DNA from: Eledone cirrhosa | Lineage: Eukaryota | Direction: 5' to 3' | DNA: 64,000 nucleotides | Assembly: GCA_964016885.1 (NCBI GenBank) | Contig: OZ024740.1 | Coordinates: forward strand, 406,906,001-406,970,000 | Shown here: positions 18,001 through 36,000 of the stretch, in pieces | Numbering within the stretch: the first letter of the stretch is position 1 | How the letters are laid out: each line of letters opens with the position of its first letter | The notes under the pieces: generated by a model | Seen by the model: only the letters and a program-made list of their open reading frames with translations | The model's database searches: none | What the model was told of the DNA's origin: nothing | Position numbers and translations under genes: made by a program

Positions 18001-21000
18001 AGTGCACCTCACATTGGTACCTATTACAGACACCAGATACCAATGGAGTGCACCTCACATTGGTACCTATTACAGACACCAGATATCAATGGAGTGCACC
18101 TCACATTGCTACCTATTACAGACACCAGATACCAATGGAGTGCACCTGACATTGGTACCTATTACAGACACCAGATATCAATGGAGTGCACCTCACATTG
18201 ATACCTATTACAGACACCAGATACCAATGGAGTGCACCTCACATTGGTACCTATTACAGACACCAGATATCAATGGAGTGCACCTCACATTGGTACCTAT
18301 TACAGACACCAGATATCAATGGAGTGCACCTCACATTGTTACCTATTACAGACACCAGATATCAATGGAGTGCACCTCACATTGGTACCTATTACAGACA
18401 CCAGATATCAATGGAGTGCACCTCTCATTGGTACCTATTACAGACACCAGATATCAATGGAGTGCACCTCACATTAGTACCTATTACAGACACCAGATAT
18501 CAATGGAGTGCACCTCACATTGGTACCTATTACAGACACCAGATATCAATGGAGTGCACCTCACATTGGTACCTATTACAGACACCAGATATCAATGGAG
18601 TGCACCTCACATTGGTACCTATTACAGACACCAGATATCAATGGAGTGCACCTCACACTGGTACCTATTACAGACACCAGATATCAATGGAGTGCACCTC
18701 ACATTGGTACCTATTACAGACACCAGATATCAATGGAGTGCACCTCACATTGGTACCTATTACAGACACCAGATATCAATGGAGTGCACCTTACATTGGT
18801 ACTTATTACAGACACCAGATATCAATGGAGTGCACCTCACATTGGTACCTATTACAGACACCAGATATCAATGGAGTGCACCTCACATTGGTACCTATTA
18901 CAGACACCAGATATCAATGGAGTGCACCTCACATTAGTACCTATTACAGACACCATATATCAATGGAGTGCACCTTACATTGGTACTTATTACAGACACC
19001 AGATATCAATGGAGTGAACCTCACATTGGTACCTATTACAGACACCAGATATCAATGGAGTGCACCTCATATTGGTACCTATTACAGACACCAGATATCA
19101 ATGGAGTGCACCTCACATTGGTACCTATTACAGACACCAGATATCAATGGAGTGCACCTCACATTGGTACCTATTACAGACACCAGATATCAATGGAGTG
19201 CACCTCACACTGGTACCTATTACAGACACCAGATATTAATGGAGTGCACCTCACACTGGTACCTATTACAGACACCAGATATCAATGGAGTGCACCTCAC
19301 ATTGGTACCTATTACAGACACCAGATATCAATGGAGTGCACCTCACATTGGTACCTATTACAGACACCAGATATCAATGGAGTGCACCTTACATTGGTAC
19401 CTATTACAGACACCAGATATCAATGGAGTGCACCTTACATTGGTACCTATTACAGACACCAGATATCAATGGAGTACACCTCACATTGGTACCTATTACA
19501 GACACCAGATATCAATGGAGTGCACCTCACATTGGTACCTATTACAGACACCAGATATCAATGGAGTGCACCTCACATTGGTACCTATTACAGACACCAG
19601 ATATCAATGGAGTGCACCTCACATTGGTACCTATTACAGACACCAGATATCAATGGAGTGCACCTCACATTGGTACCTATTACAGACACCAGATATCAAT
19701 GGAGTGCACCTCACATTGGTACCTATTGCAGACACCAGATACCAATGGAGTGCACCACACATTTGTACCTATTACAGACACCAGATACCAATGGAGTGCA
19801 CCTCACATTGGTACCTATTACAGACACCAGATATCAATGGAGTGCACCTCACATTGCTACCTATTACAGACACCAGATACCAATGGAGTGCACCTGACAT
19901 TGGTACCTATTACAGACACCAGATATCAATGGAGTGCACCTCACATTGGTACCTATTACAGACACCAGATACCAATGGAGTGCACCTCACATTGGTACCT
20001 ATTACAGACACCAGATATCAATGGAGTGCACCTCACATTGGTACCTATTACAGACACCAGATATCAATGGAGTGCACCTCACATTGTTACCTATTACAGA
20101 CACCAGATATCAATGGAGTGCACCTCACATTGGTACCTATTACAGACACCAGATATCAATGGAGTGCACCTCTCATTGGTACCTATTACAGACACCAGAT
20201 ATCAATGGAGTGCACCTCACATTAGTACCTATTACAGACACCAGATATCAATGGAGTGCACCTCACATTGGTACCTATTACAGACACCAGATATCAATGG
20301 AGTGCACCTTACATTGGTACTTATTACAGACACCAGATATCAATGGAGTGCACCTCACATTGGTACCTATTACAGACACCATATATCAATGGAGTGTACC
20401 TCACATTCGTACATATTACAGATACCAGATATCAATAGAGTACACCTCACATTGATACCTATTACAGACACCAGATATCAATGGAGTGCACCTCACATTG
20501 GTACCTATTACAGACACCAGATATCAATGGAGGGCACCTCACATTGGTACCTATTACAGACACCAGATATCAATGGAGTGCACCTCACATTGGTACCTAT
20601 TACAGACACCAGATATCAATGGAGTGCACCTCACATTGGTACATATTACAGACACCAGATATCAATGGAGTGCACCTCACATTGGTACCTATTACAGACA
20701 CCAGATATCAATGCAGTGCACCTCACATTGGTACCTATTACAGACACCAGATATCAATGGAGTACACCTCACATTGGTACCTATTATAGACACCAGATAT
20801 CAATGGAGTGCACCTCACGTTGGTACCTATTACAGACACCAGATATCAATGGAGTGCACCTCACATTGGTACCTATTACAGACACCATATATCAATGGAG
20901 TGTACCTCACATTGGTACCTATTACAGACACCAGATACCAATGGAGTGCACCTCACATTGGTACATATTACAGATACCAGATATCAATGGAGTGCACCTC

Positions 21001-24000
21001 ACATTGGTACCTATTACAGACACCAGATATCAATGGAGTGCACCTCACATTGGTACCTATTACAGACACCAGATATCAATGGAGTGCACCTCACATTGGT
21101 ACCTATTACAGACACCAGATATCAATGGAGTGCACCTCACCTTGGTACCTATTACAGACACCAGATATCAATGGAGTGCACCTCACATTGGTACCTATTA
21201 CAGACACCAGATATCAATGGAGTGCACCTCACATTGGTACCTATTACAGACACCAGATATCAATGGAGTGCACCTCACATTGGTACCTATTACAGACACC
21301 AGATATCAATGGAATGCATCTCACACTGGTACATATTACGGACAGCAGATATCAATGGAGTGCACCTCATATTGGTACCTATTACAGACACCAGATATCA
21401 ATGGAGTGCACCTCACATTGGTACCTATTACAGACACCAGATATCAATGGAGTGCACCTCACATTGGTACCTATTACAGACACCAGATATCAACGGAGTG
21501 CACCTCACACTGGTACCTATTACAGACACCAGATATCAACGGAGTGCACCTCACATTGGTACCTATTACAGACACCATATATCAATGGAGTGCACCTCAC
21601 ACTGGTACCTATTACAGACACCAGATATCAATGGAGTGCACCTTACATTGGTATCTATTACAGACACCAGATATCAATGGAGTGCACCTTACATTGGTAC
21701 TTATTACAGACACCAGATATCAATGGAGTGCACCTCACATTGGTACCTATTACAGACACCATATATCAATGGAGTGTACCTCACATTCGTACATATTACA
21801 GATACCAGATATCAATAGAGTACACCTCACATTGGTACCTATTACAGACACCAGATATCAATGGAGTGCACCTCACATTGGTACCTATTACAGACACCAG
21901 ATATCAATGGAGGGCACCTCACATTGGTACCTATTACAGACACCAGATATCAATGGAGTGCACCTCACATTGGTACCTATTACAGACACCAGATATCAAT
22001 GGAGTGCACCACACATTGGTACCTATTACAGACACCAGATATCAATGGAGTGCACCTCACATTGGTACATATTACAGACACCAGATATCAATGGAGTGCA
22101 CCTCACATTGGTACCTATTACAGACACCAGATACCAATGGAGTGCACCTCACATTGGTACCTATTACAGACACCAGATATCAATGGAGTGCACCTCACAT
22201 TGCTACCTATTACAGACACCAGATACCAATGGAGTGCACCTGACATTGGTACCTATTACAGACACCAGATATCAATGGAGTGCACCTCACATTGATACCT
22301 ATTACAGACACCAGATACCAATGGAGTGCACCTCACATTGGTACCTATTACAGACACCAGATATCAATGGAGTGCACCTCACATTGGTACCTATTACAGA
22401 CACCAGATATCAATGGAGTGCACCTCACATTGGTACCTATTACAGACACCAGATATCAATGGAGTGCACCTCACATTGTTACCTATTACAGACACCAGAT
22501 ATCAATGGAGTGCACCTCACATTGGTACCTATTACAGACACCAGATATCAATGGAGTGCACCTCTCATTGGTACCTATTACAGACACCAGATATCAATGG
22601 AGTGCACCTCACATTAGTACCTATTACAGACACCAGATATCAATGGAGTGCACCTCACATTGGTACCTATTACAGACACCAGATATCAATGGAGTGCACC
22701 TCACATTGGTACCTATTACAGACACCAGATATCAATGGAGTGCACCTCACATTGGTACCTATTACAGACACCAGATATCAATGGAGTGCACCTCACACTG
22801 GTACCTATTACAGACACCAGATATCAATGGAGTGCACCTCACATTGGTACCTATTACAGACACCAGATATCAATGGAGTGCACCTCACATTGGTACCTAT
22901 TACAGACACCAGATATCAATGGAGTGCACCTTACATTGGTACTTATTACAGACACCAGATATCAATGGAGTGCACCTCACATTGGTACCTATTACAGACA
23001 CCAGATATCAATGGAGTGCACCTCACATTGGTACCTATTACAGACACCAGATATCAATGGAGTGCACCTCACATTAGTACCTATTACAGACACCATATAT
23101 CAATGGAGTGCACCTTACATTGGTACTTATTACAGACACCAGATATCAATGGAGTGAACCTCACATTGGTACCTATTACAGACACCAGATATCAATGGAG
23201 TGCACCTCATATTGGTACCTATTACAGACACCAGATATCAATGGAGTGCACCTCACATTGGTACCTATTACAGACACCAGATATCAATGGAGTGCACCTC
23301 ACATTGGTACCTATTACAGACACCAGATATCAATGGAGTGCACCTCACACTGGTACCTATTACAGACACCAGATATTAATGGAGTGCACCTCACACTGGT
23401 ACCTATTACAGACACCAGATATCAATGGAGTGCACCTCACATTGGTACCTATTACAGACACCAGATATCAATGGAGTGCACCTCACATTGGTACCTATTA
23501 CAGACACCAGATATCAATGGAGTGCACCTTACATTGGTACCTATTACAGACACCAGATATCAATGGAGTGCACCTTACATTGGTACCTATTACAGACACC
23601 AGATATCAATGGAGTACACCTCACATTGGTACCTATTACAGACACCAGATATCAATGGAGTGCACCTCACATTGGTACCTATTACAGACACCAGATATCA
23701 ATGGAGTGCACCTCACATTGGTACCTATTACAGACACCAGATATCAATGGAGTGCACCTCACATTGGTACCTATTACAGACACCAGATATCAATGGAGTG
23801 CACCTCACATTGGTACCTATTACAGACACCAGATATCAATGGAGTGCACCTCACATTGGTACCTATTACAGACACCAGATATCAATGGAGTGCACCTCAC
23901 ATTGGTACCTATTACAGACACCAGATATCAATGGAGTGCACCTCACATTGGTACCTATTGCAGACACCAGATACCAATGGAGTGCACCACACATTTGTAC

Positions 24001-27000
24001 CTATTACAGACACCAGATACCAATGGAGTGCACCTCACATTGGTACCTATTACAGACACCAGATATCAATGGAGTGCACCTCACATTGCTACCTATTACA
24101 GACACCAGATACCAATGGAGTGCACCTGACATTGGTACCTATTACAGACACCAGATATCAATGGAGTGCACCTCACATTGGTACCTATTACAGACACCAG
24201 ATACCAATGGAGTGCACCTCACATTGGTACCTATTACAGACACCAGATATCAATGGAGTGCACCTCACATTGGTACCTATTACAGACACCAGATATCAAT
24301 GGAGTGCACCTCACATTGTTACCTATTACAGACACCAGATATCAATGGAGTGCACCTCACATTGGTACCTATTACAGACACCAGATATCAATGGAGTGCA
24401 CCTCTCATTGGTACCTATTACAGACACCAGATATCAATGGAGTGCACCTCACATTAGTACCTATTACAGACACCAGATATCAATGGAGTGCACCTCACAT
24501 TGGTACCTATTACAGACACCAGATATCAATGGAGTGCACCTTACATTGGTACTTATTACAGACACCAGATATCAATGGAGTGCACCTCACATTGGTACCT
24601 ATTACAGACACCATATATCAATGGAGTGTACCTCACATTCGTACATATTACAGATACCAGATATCAATAGAGTACACCTCACATTGATACCTATTACAGA
24701 CACCAGATATCAATGGAGTGCACCTCACATTGGTACCTAATACAGACACCAGATATCAATGGAGGGCACCTCACATTGGTACCTATTACAGACACCAGAT
24801 ATCAATGGAGTGCACCTCACATTGGTACCTATTACAGACACCAGATATCAATGGAGTGCACCTCACATTGGTACATATTACAGACACCAGATATCAATGG
24901 AGTGCACCTCACATTGGTACCTATTACAGACACCAGATATCAATGCAGTGCACCTCACATTGGTACCTATTACAGACACCAGATATCAATGGAGTACACC
25001 TCACATTGGTACCTATTATAGACACCAGATATCAATGGAGTGCACCTCACGTTGGTACCTATTACAGACACCAGATATCAATGGAGTGCACCTCACATTG
25101 GTACCTATTACAGACACCATATATCAATGGAGTGTACCTCACATTGGTACCTATTACAGACACCAGATACCAATGGAGTGCACCTCACATTGGTACATAT
25201 TACAGATACCAGATATCAATGGAGTGCACCTCACATTGGTACCTATTACAGACACCAGATATCAATGGAGTGCACCTCACATTGGTACCTATTACAGACA
25301 CCAGATATCAATGGAGTGCACCTCACATTGGTACCTATTACAGACACCAGATATCAATGGAGTGCACCTCACCTTGGTACCTATTACAGACACCAGATAT
25401 CAATGGAGTGCACCTCACATTGGTACCTATTACAGACACCAGATATCAATGGAGTGCACCTCACATTGGTACCTATTACAGACACCAGATATCAATGGAG
25501 TGCACCTCACATTGGTACCTATTACAGACACCAGATATCAATGGAATGCATCTCACACTGGTACATATTACGGACAGCAGATATCAATGGAGTGCACCTC
25601 ATATTGGTACCTATTACAGACACCAGATATCAATGGAGTGCACCTCACATTGGTACCTATTACAGACACCAGATATCAATGGAGTGCACCTCACATTGGT
25701 ACCTATTACAGACACCAGATATCAACGGAGTGCACCTCACACTGGTACCTATTACAGACACCAGATATCAACGGAGTGCACCTCACATTGGTACCTATTA
25801 CAGACACCATATATCAATGGAGTGCACCTCACACTGGTACCTATTACAGACACCAGATATCAATGGAGTGCACCTTACATTGGTATCTATTACAGACACC
25901 AGATATCAATGGAGTGCACCTTACATTGGTACTTATTACAGACACCAGATATCAATGGAGTGCACCTCACATTGGTACCTATTACAGACACCATATATCA
26001 ATGGAGTGTACCTCACATTCGTACATATTACAGATACCAGATATCAATAGAGTACACCTCACATTGGTACCTATTACAGACACCAGATATCAATGGAGTG
26101 CACCTCACATTGGTACCTATTACAGACACCAGATATCAATGGAGGGCACCTCACATTGGTACCTATTACAGACACCAGATATCAATGGAGTGCACCTCAC
26201 ATTGGTACCTATTACAGACACCAGATATCAATGGAGTGCACCACACATTGGTACCTATTACAGACACCAGATATCAATGGAGTGCACCTCACATTGGTAC
26301 ATATTACAGACACCAGATATCAATGGAGTGCACCTCACATTGGTACCTATTACAGACACCAGATACCAATGGAGTGCACCTCACATTGGTACCTATTACA
26401 GACACCAGATATCAATGGAGTGCACCTCACATTGCTACCTATTACAGACACCAGATACCAATGGAGTGCACCTGACATTGGTACCTATTACAGACACCAG
26501 ATATCAATGGAGTGCACCTCACATTGATACCTATTACAGACACCAGATACCAATGGAGTGCACCTCACATTGGTACCTATTACAGACACCAGATATCAAT
26601 GGAGTGCACCTCACATTGGTACCTATTACAGACACCAGATATCAATGGAGTGCACCTCACATTGTTACCTATTACAGACACCAGATATCAATGGAGTGCA
26701 CCTCACATTGGTACCTATTACAGACACCAGATATCAATGGAGTGCACCTCTCATTGGTACCTATTACAGACACCAGATATCAATGGAGTGCACCTCACAT
26801 TAGTACCTATTACAGACACCAGATATCAATGGAGTGCACCTCACATTGGTACCTATTACAGACACCAGATATCAATGGAGTGCACCTCACATTGGTACCT
26901 ATTACAGACACCAGATATCAATGGAGTGCACCTCACATTGGTACCTATTACAGACACCAGATATCAATGGAGTGCACCTCACACTGGTACCTATTACAGA

Positions 27001-30000
27001 CACCAGATATCAATGGAGTGCACCTCACATTGGTACCTATTACAGACACCAGATATCAATGGAGTGCACCTCACATTGGTACCTATTACAGACACCAGAT
27101 ATCAATGGAGTGCACCTTACATTGGTACTTATTACAGACACCAGATATCAATGGAGTGCACCTCACATTGGTACCTATTACAGACACCAGATATCAATGG
27201 AGTGCACATCACATTGGTACCTATTACAGACACCAGATATCAATGGAGTGCACCTCACATTAGTACCTATTACAGACACCATATATCAATGGAGTGCACC
27301 TCACATTGGTACCTATTACAGAGACCAGATATCAATGGAGTGCACCTCACATTGGTACCTATTACAGACACCAGATATGAATGGAGTACACCTCACATTC
27401 ATACCTATTACAGACACCAGATATCAATGGAGTGCACCTCACACTGGTACCTAATACAGACACCAGATATCAATGGAGTGCACCTCACATTGGTACCTAT
27501 TACAGACACCAGATATCAATGGAGTGCACCTCACATTGGTACCTATTACAGACACCAGATATCAATGGAGTGCACCTCACATTGGTACCTATTACAGACA
27601 CCAGATATCAATGGAGTGCACCTCACATTGGTACCTATTACAGACACCAGATATCAATGGAGTGCACCTCACATTTGTACCTATTACAGACACCAGATAT
27701 CAATGGAGTGCACCTCATATTGGTACCTATTACAGACACCAGATATTAATGGAGTGCACCTCACATTGGTACCTATTACAGACACCAGATATCAATGGAG
27801 TGCACCTCACATTGGTACCTATTACAGACACCAGATATCAATGGAGTGTACCTCACATTGGTACCTATTACAGACACCAGATATCAATGGAGTGCACCTC
27901 ACATTGGTACCTATTACAGACACCAGATATCAATGGAGTGCACCTCACATTGGTACCTATTACAGACACCAGATATCAATGGAGTGCACCTCACATTGGT
28001 ACCTATTACAGACACCATATATCAATGGAGTGCACCTCACATTGGTACTTATTACAGACACCAGATATCAATGGAGTGCACCTTACATTTGTACGTATTA
28101 CAGACACCATATATCAATGGAGTGTACCTCACATTGGTACCTATTACAGACACCAGATACCAATGGAGTGCACCTCACATTGGTACCTATTACAGACACC
28201 AGATATCAATGGAGTGCACCTCACATTGGTACCTATTACAGACACCAGATATCAATGGAGTGCACCTCACATTGGTACCTATTACAGACACCAGATATCA
28301 ATGGAGTGCACCTCACATTGGTACCTATTACAAACACCAGATATCAATGGAGTGCACCTCACATTGGTACCTATTACAGACACCAGATATCAATGGAGAG
28401 CACCTCATATTGGTACCTATTACGGACACCAGATATCAATGGAGTACACTTCACATTAGTACCTATTACAGACACCAGATATCAATGGAGTGCACCTCAC
28501 ATTGGTACCTATTACAGACACCAGATATCAATGGAGTGCACCTCACATTGGTACCTATTACAGACACCAGTTATCAATGGAGTGCACCTCTCATTGGTAC
28601 CTATTACAGACACCAGATATCAATGGAGTGCACCTCACATTAGTACCTATTACAGACACCAGATATCAATGGAGTGCACCTCATATTGGTACCTATTACA
28701 GACACCAGATATCAATGGAGTGCACCTCACATTGGTACCTATTACAGACACCAGATATCAATGGAGTGCACCTCACATTGGTACCTATTACAGACACCAT
28801 ATATCAATGGAGTGCACCTCACATTGGTACTTATTACAGACACCAGATATCAATGGAGTGCACCTTACATTTGTACGTATTACAGACACCATATATCAAT
28901 GGAGTGTACCTCACATTGGTACCTATTACAGACACCAGATACCAATGGAGTGCACCTCACATTGGTACCTATTACAGACACCAGATATCAATGGAGTGCA
29001 CCTCACATTGGTACCTATTACAGACACCAGATATCAATGGAGTGCACCTCACATTGGTACCTATTACAGACACCAGATATCAATGGAGTGCACCTCACAT
29101 TGGTACCTATTACAAACACCAGATATCAATGGAGTGCACCTCACATTGGTACCTATTACAGACACCAGATATCAATGGAGAGCACCTCATATTGGTACCT
29201 ATTACGGACACCAGATATCAATGGAGTACACTTCACATTAGTACCTATTACAGACACCAGATATCAATGGAGTGCACCTCACATTGGTACCTATTACAGA
29301 CACCAGATATCAATGGAGTGCACCTCACATTGGTACCTATTACAGACACCAGATATCAATGGAGTGCACCTCTCATTGGTACCTATTACAGACACCAGAT
29401 ATCAATGGAGTGCACCTCACATTAGTACCTATTACAGACACCAGATATCAATGGAGTGCACCTCATATTGGTACCTATTACAGACACCAGATATCAATGG
29501 AGTGCACCTCACATTGGTACCTATTACAGACACCAGATATCAATGGAGTGCACCTCACATTGGTACCTATTACAGACACCAGATATCAATGGAGTGCACC
29601 TCACACTGGTACCTATTAGAGACACCAGATATTAATGGAGTGCACCTCACACTGGTACCTATTACAGACACCAGATATCAATGGAGTGCACCTCACATTG
29701 GTACCTATTACAGACACCAGATATCAATGGAGTGCACCTCACATTGGTACCTATTACAGACACCAGATATCAATGGAGTGCACCTCACATTTGTACCTAT
29801 TACAGACACCAGATACCAATGGAGTGCACCTCACATTGGTACCTATTACAGACACCAGATATCAATGGAGTGCACCTCACATTGCTACCTATTACAGACA
29901 CCAGATACCAATGGAGTGCACCTGACATTGGTACCTATTACAGACACCAAATATCAATGGAGTGCACCTCACATTGGTACCTATTACAGACACCAGATAC

Positions 30001-33000
30001 CAATGGAGTGCACCTCACATTGGTACCTATTACAGACACCAGATATCAATGGAGTGCACCTCACATTGGTACCTATTACAGACACCAGATATCAATGGAG
30101 TGCACCTCACATTGTTACCTATTACAGACACCAGATATCAATGGAGTGCACCTCACATTGGTACCTATTACAGACACCAGATATCAATGGAGTGCACCTC
30201 TCATTGGTACCTATTACAGACACCAGATACCAATGGAGTGCACCTCACATTGGTACCTATTACAGACACCAGATATCAATGGAGTGCACCTCACATTGGT
30301 ACCTATTACAGACACCAGATATCAATGGAGTGCACCTCACATTGTTACCTATTACAGACACCAGATATCAATGGAGTGCACCTCACATTGGTACCTATTA
30401 CAGACACCAGATATCAATGGTGTGCACCTCTCATTGGTACCTATTACAGACACCAGATATCAATGGAGTGCACCTCACATTAGTACCTATTACAGACACC
30501 AGATATCAATGGAGTGCACCTCACATTGGTACCTATTACAGACACCAGATATCAATGGAGTGCACCTCACATTGGTACCTATTACAGACACCAGATATCA
30601 ATGGAGTGCACCTCACATTGGTACCTATTACAGACACCAGATATCAATGGAGTGCACCTCACACTGGTACCTATTACAGACACCAGATATCAATGGAGTG
30701 CACCTCACATTGGTACCTATTACAGACACCAGATATCAATGGAGTGCACCTCACATTGGGACCTATTACAGACACCAGATATCAATGGAGTGCACCTTAC
30801 ATTGGTACTTATTACAGACACCAGATATCAATGGAGTGCACCTCACATTGGAACCTATTACAGACACCAGATATCAATGGAGTGCACCTCACATTGGTAC
30901 CTATTACAGACACCAGATATCAATGGAGTGCACCTCACATTAGTACCTATTACAGACACCATATATCAATGGAGTGCACCTCACATTGGTACCTATTACA
31001 GACACCAGATATCAATGGAGTGCACCTCACATTGGTACCTATTACAGACACCAGATATGAATGGAGTACACCTCACATTGATACCTATTACAGACACCAG
31101 ATATCAATGGAGTGCATCTCACACTGGTACCTAATACAGACACCAGATATCAATGGAGTGCACCTCACATTGGTACCTATTACAGACACCAGATATCAAT
31201 GGAGTGCACCTCACATTGGTACCTATTACAGACACCAGATATCAATGGAGTGCACCTCACATTGGTACCTATTACAGACACCAGATATCAATGGAGTGCA
31301 CCTCACATTGGTACCTATTACAGACACCAGATATCAATGGAGTGCACCTCACATTTGTACCTATTACAGACACCAGATATCAATGGAGTGCACCTCATAT
31401 TGGTACCTATTACAGACACCAGATATTAATGGAGTGCACCTCACATTGGTACCTATTACAGACACCAGATATCAATGGAGTGCACCTCACATTGGTACCT
31501 ATTACAGACACCAGATATCAATGGAGTGTACCTCACATTGGTACCTATTACAGACACCAGATATCAATGGAGTGCACCTCACATTGGTACCTATTACAGA
31601 CACCAGATATCAATGGAGTGCACCTCACATTGGTACCTATTACAGACACCAGATATCAATGGAGTGCACCTCACATTGGTACCTATTACAGACACCATAT
31701 ATCAATGGAGTGAACCTCACATTGGTACCTATTACAGACACCAGATATCAATGGAGTGCACCTCACATTGGTACCTATTACAGACACCAGATATCAATGG
31801 AGTGTACCTCACATTAGTACCTATTACAGACACCAGATACCAATGGAGTGCACCTCACATTGGTACCTATTACAGCCACCAGATATCAATGGAGTGCACC
31901 TCACATTGGTACCTATTACAGACACCAGATATCAATGGAGTGCACCTCACATTGGTACCTATTACAGACACCAGATATCAATGGAGTGCACCTCATATTG
32001 GTACCTATTACGGACACCAGATATCAATGGAGTACACTTCACATTAGTACCTATTACAGACACCAGATATCAATGGAGTGCACCTCACATTGGTACCTAT
32101 TACAGACACCAGATATCAATGGAGTGCACCTCACATTGGTACCTATTACAGACACCAGATATCAATGGAGTGCACCTCTCATTGGTACCTATTACAGACA
32201 CCAGATATCAATGGAGTGCACCTCACATTAGTACCTATTACAGACACCAGATATCAATGGAGTGCACCTCATATTGGTACCTATTACAGACACCAGATAT
32301 CAATGGAGTGCACCTCACATTGGTACCTATTACAGACACCAGATATCAATGGAGTGCACCTCACATTGGTACCTATTACAGACACCAGATATCAATGGAG
32401 TGCACCTCACACTGGTACCTATTACAGACACCAGATATTAATGGAGTGCACCTCACACTGGTACCTATTACAGACACCAGATATCAATGGAGTGCACCTC
32501 ACATTGGTACCTATTACAGACACCAGATATCAATGGAGTGCACCTCACATTGGTACCTATTACAGACACCAGATATCAATGGAGTGCACCTTACATTGGT
32601 ACCTATTACAGACACCAGATATCAATGGAGTGCACCTTACATTGGTACCTATTACAGACACCAGATATCAATGGAGTACACCTCACATTGGTACCTATTA
32701 CAGACACCAGATATCAATGGAGTGCACCTCACATTGGTACCTATTACAGACACCAGATATCAATGGAGTGCACCTCACATTGGTACCTATTACAGACACC
32801 AGATATCAATGGAGTGCACCTCACATTGGTACCTATTACAGACACCAGATATCAATGGAGTGCACCTCACATTGGTACCTATTACAGACACCAGATATCA
32901 ATGGAGTGCACCTCACATTGGTACCTATTACAGACACCAGATATCAATGGAGTGCACCTCACATTGGTACCTATTACAGACACCAGATATCAATGGAGTG

Positions 33001-36000
33001 CACCTCACATTGGTACCTATTGCAGACACCAGATATCAATGGAGTGCACCTCACATTGGTACCTATTACAGACACCAGATACCAATGGAGTGCACCTCAC
33101 ATTTGTACCTATTACAGACACCAGATACCAATGGAGTGCACCTCACATTGGTACCTATTACAGACACCAGATATCAATGGAGTGCACCTCACATTGCTAC
33201 CTATTACAGACACCAGATACCAATGGAGTGCACCTGACATTGGTACCTATTACAGACACCAGATATCAATGGAGTGCACCTCACATTGGTACCTATTACA
33301 GACACCAGATACCAATGGAGTGCACCTCACATTGGTACCTATTACAGACACCAGATATCAATGGAGTGCACCTCACATTGGTACCTATTACAGACACCAG
33401 ATATCAATGGAGTGCACCTCACATTGTTACCTATTACAGACACCAGATATCAATGGAGTGCACCTCACATTGGTACCTATTACAGACACCAGATATCAAT
33501 GGAGTGCACCTCTCATTGGTACCTATTACAGACACCAGATATCAATGGAGTGCACCTCACATTAGTACCTATTACAGACACCAGATATCAATGGAGTGCA
33601 CCTCACATTGGTACCTATTACAGACACCAGATATCAATGGAGTGCACCTCACATTGGTACCTATTACAGACACCAGATATCAATGGAGTGCACCTCACAT
33701 TGGTACCTATTACAGACACCAGATATCAATGGAGTGCACCTCACACTGGTACCTATTACAGACACCAGATATCAATGGAGTGCACCTCACACTGGTACCT
33801 ATTACAGACACCAGATATCAATGGAGTGCACCTCACCTTGGTACCTATTACAGACACCAGATATCAATGGAGTGCACCTCACATTGGTACCTATTACAGA
33901 CACCAGATATCAATGGAGTGCACCTTACATTGGTACTTATTACAGACACCAGATATCAATGGAGTGCACCTCACATTGGTACCTATTACAGACACCATAT
34001 ATCAATGGAGTGTACCTCACATTCGTACATATTACAGATACCAGATATCAATAGAGTACACCTCACATTGATACCTATTACAGACACCAGATATCAATGG
34101 AGTGCACCTCACATTGGTACCTATTACAGACACCAGATATCAATGGAGGGCACCTCACATTGGTACCTATTACAGACACCAGATATCAATGGAGTGCACC
34201 TCACATTGGTACCTATTACAGACACCAGATATCAATGGAGTGCACCACACATTGGTACCTATTACAGACACCAGATATCAATGGAGTGCACCTCACATTG
34301 GTACATATTACAGACACCAGATATCAATGGAGTGCACCTCACATTGGTACCTATTACAGACACCAGATATCAATGCAGTGCACCTCACATTGGTACCTAT
34401 TACAGACACCAGATATCAATGGAGTACACCTCACATTGGTACCTATTATAGACACCAGATATCAATGGAGTGCACCTCACGTTGGTACCTATTACAGACA
34501 CCAGATATCAATGGAGTGCACCTCACATTGGTACCTATTACAGACACCATATATCAATGGAGTGTACCTCACATTGGTACCTATTACAGACACCAGATAC
34601 CAATGGAGTGCACCTCACATTGGTACATATTACAGATACCAGATATCAATGGAGTGCACCTCACATTGGTACCTATTACAGACACCAGATATCAATGGAG
34701 TGCACCTCACATTGGTACCTATTACAGACACCAGATATCAATGGAGTGCACCTCACATTGGTACCTATTACAGACACCAGATATCAATGGAGTGCACCTC
34801 ACCTTGGTACCTATTACAGACACCAGATATCAATGGAGTGCACCTCACATTGGTACCTATTACAGACACCAGATATCAATGGAGTGCACCTCACATTGGT
34901 ACCTATTACAGACACCAGATATCAATGGAGTGCACCTCACATTGGTACCTATTACAGACACCAGATATCAATGGAATGCATCTCACACTGGTACATATTA
35001 CGGACAGCAGATATCAATGGAGTGCACCTCATATTGGTACCTATTACAGACACCAGATATCAATGGAGTGCACCTCACATTGGTACCTATTACAGACACC
35101 AGATATCAATGGAGTGCACCTCACATTGGTACCTATTACAGACACCAGATATCAACGGAGTGCACCTCACACTGGTACCTATTACAGACACCAGATATCA
35201 ACGGAGTGCACCTCACATTGGTACCTATTACAGACACCATATATCAATGGAGTGCACCTCACACTGGTACCTATTACAGACACCAGATATCAATGGAGTG
35301 CACCTTACATTGGTATCTATTACAGACACCAGATATCAATGGAGTGCACCTTACATTGGTACTTATTACAGACACCAGATATCAATGGAGTGCACCTCAC
35401 ATTGGTACCTATAACAGACACCATATATCAATAGAGTGTACCTCACATTCGTACATATTACAGATACCAGATATCAATAGAGTACACCTCACATTGGTAC
35501 CTATTACAGACACCAGATATCAATGGAGTGCACCTCACATTGGTACCTATTACAGACACCAGATATGAATGGAGTACACCTCACATTGATACCTATTACA
35601 GACACCAGATATCAATGGAGTGCATCTCACACTGGTACCTAATACAGACACCAGATATCAATGGAGTGCACCTCACATTGGTACCTATTACAGACACCAG
35701 ATATCAATGGAGTGCACCTCACATTGGTACCTATTACAGACACCAGATATCAATGGAGTGCACCTCACATTGGTACCTATTACAGACACCAGATATCAAT
35801 GGAGTGCACCTCACATTGGTACCTATTACAGACACCAGATATCAATGGAGTGCACCTCACATTTGTACCTATTACAGACACCAGATATCAATGGAGTGCA
35901 CCTCATATTGGTACCTATTACAGACACCAGATATTAATGGAGTGCACCTCACATTGGTACCTATTACAGACACCAGATATCAATGGAGTGCACCTCACAT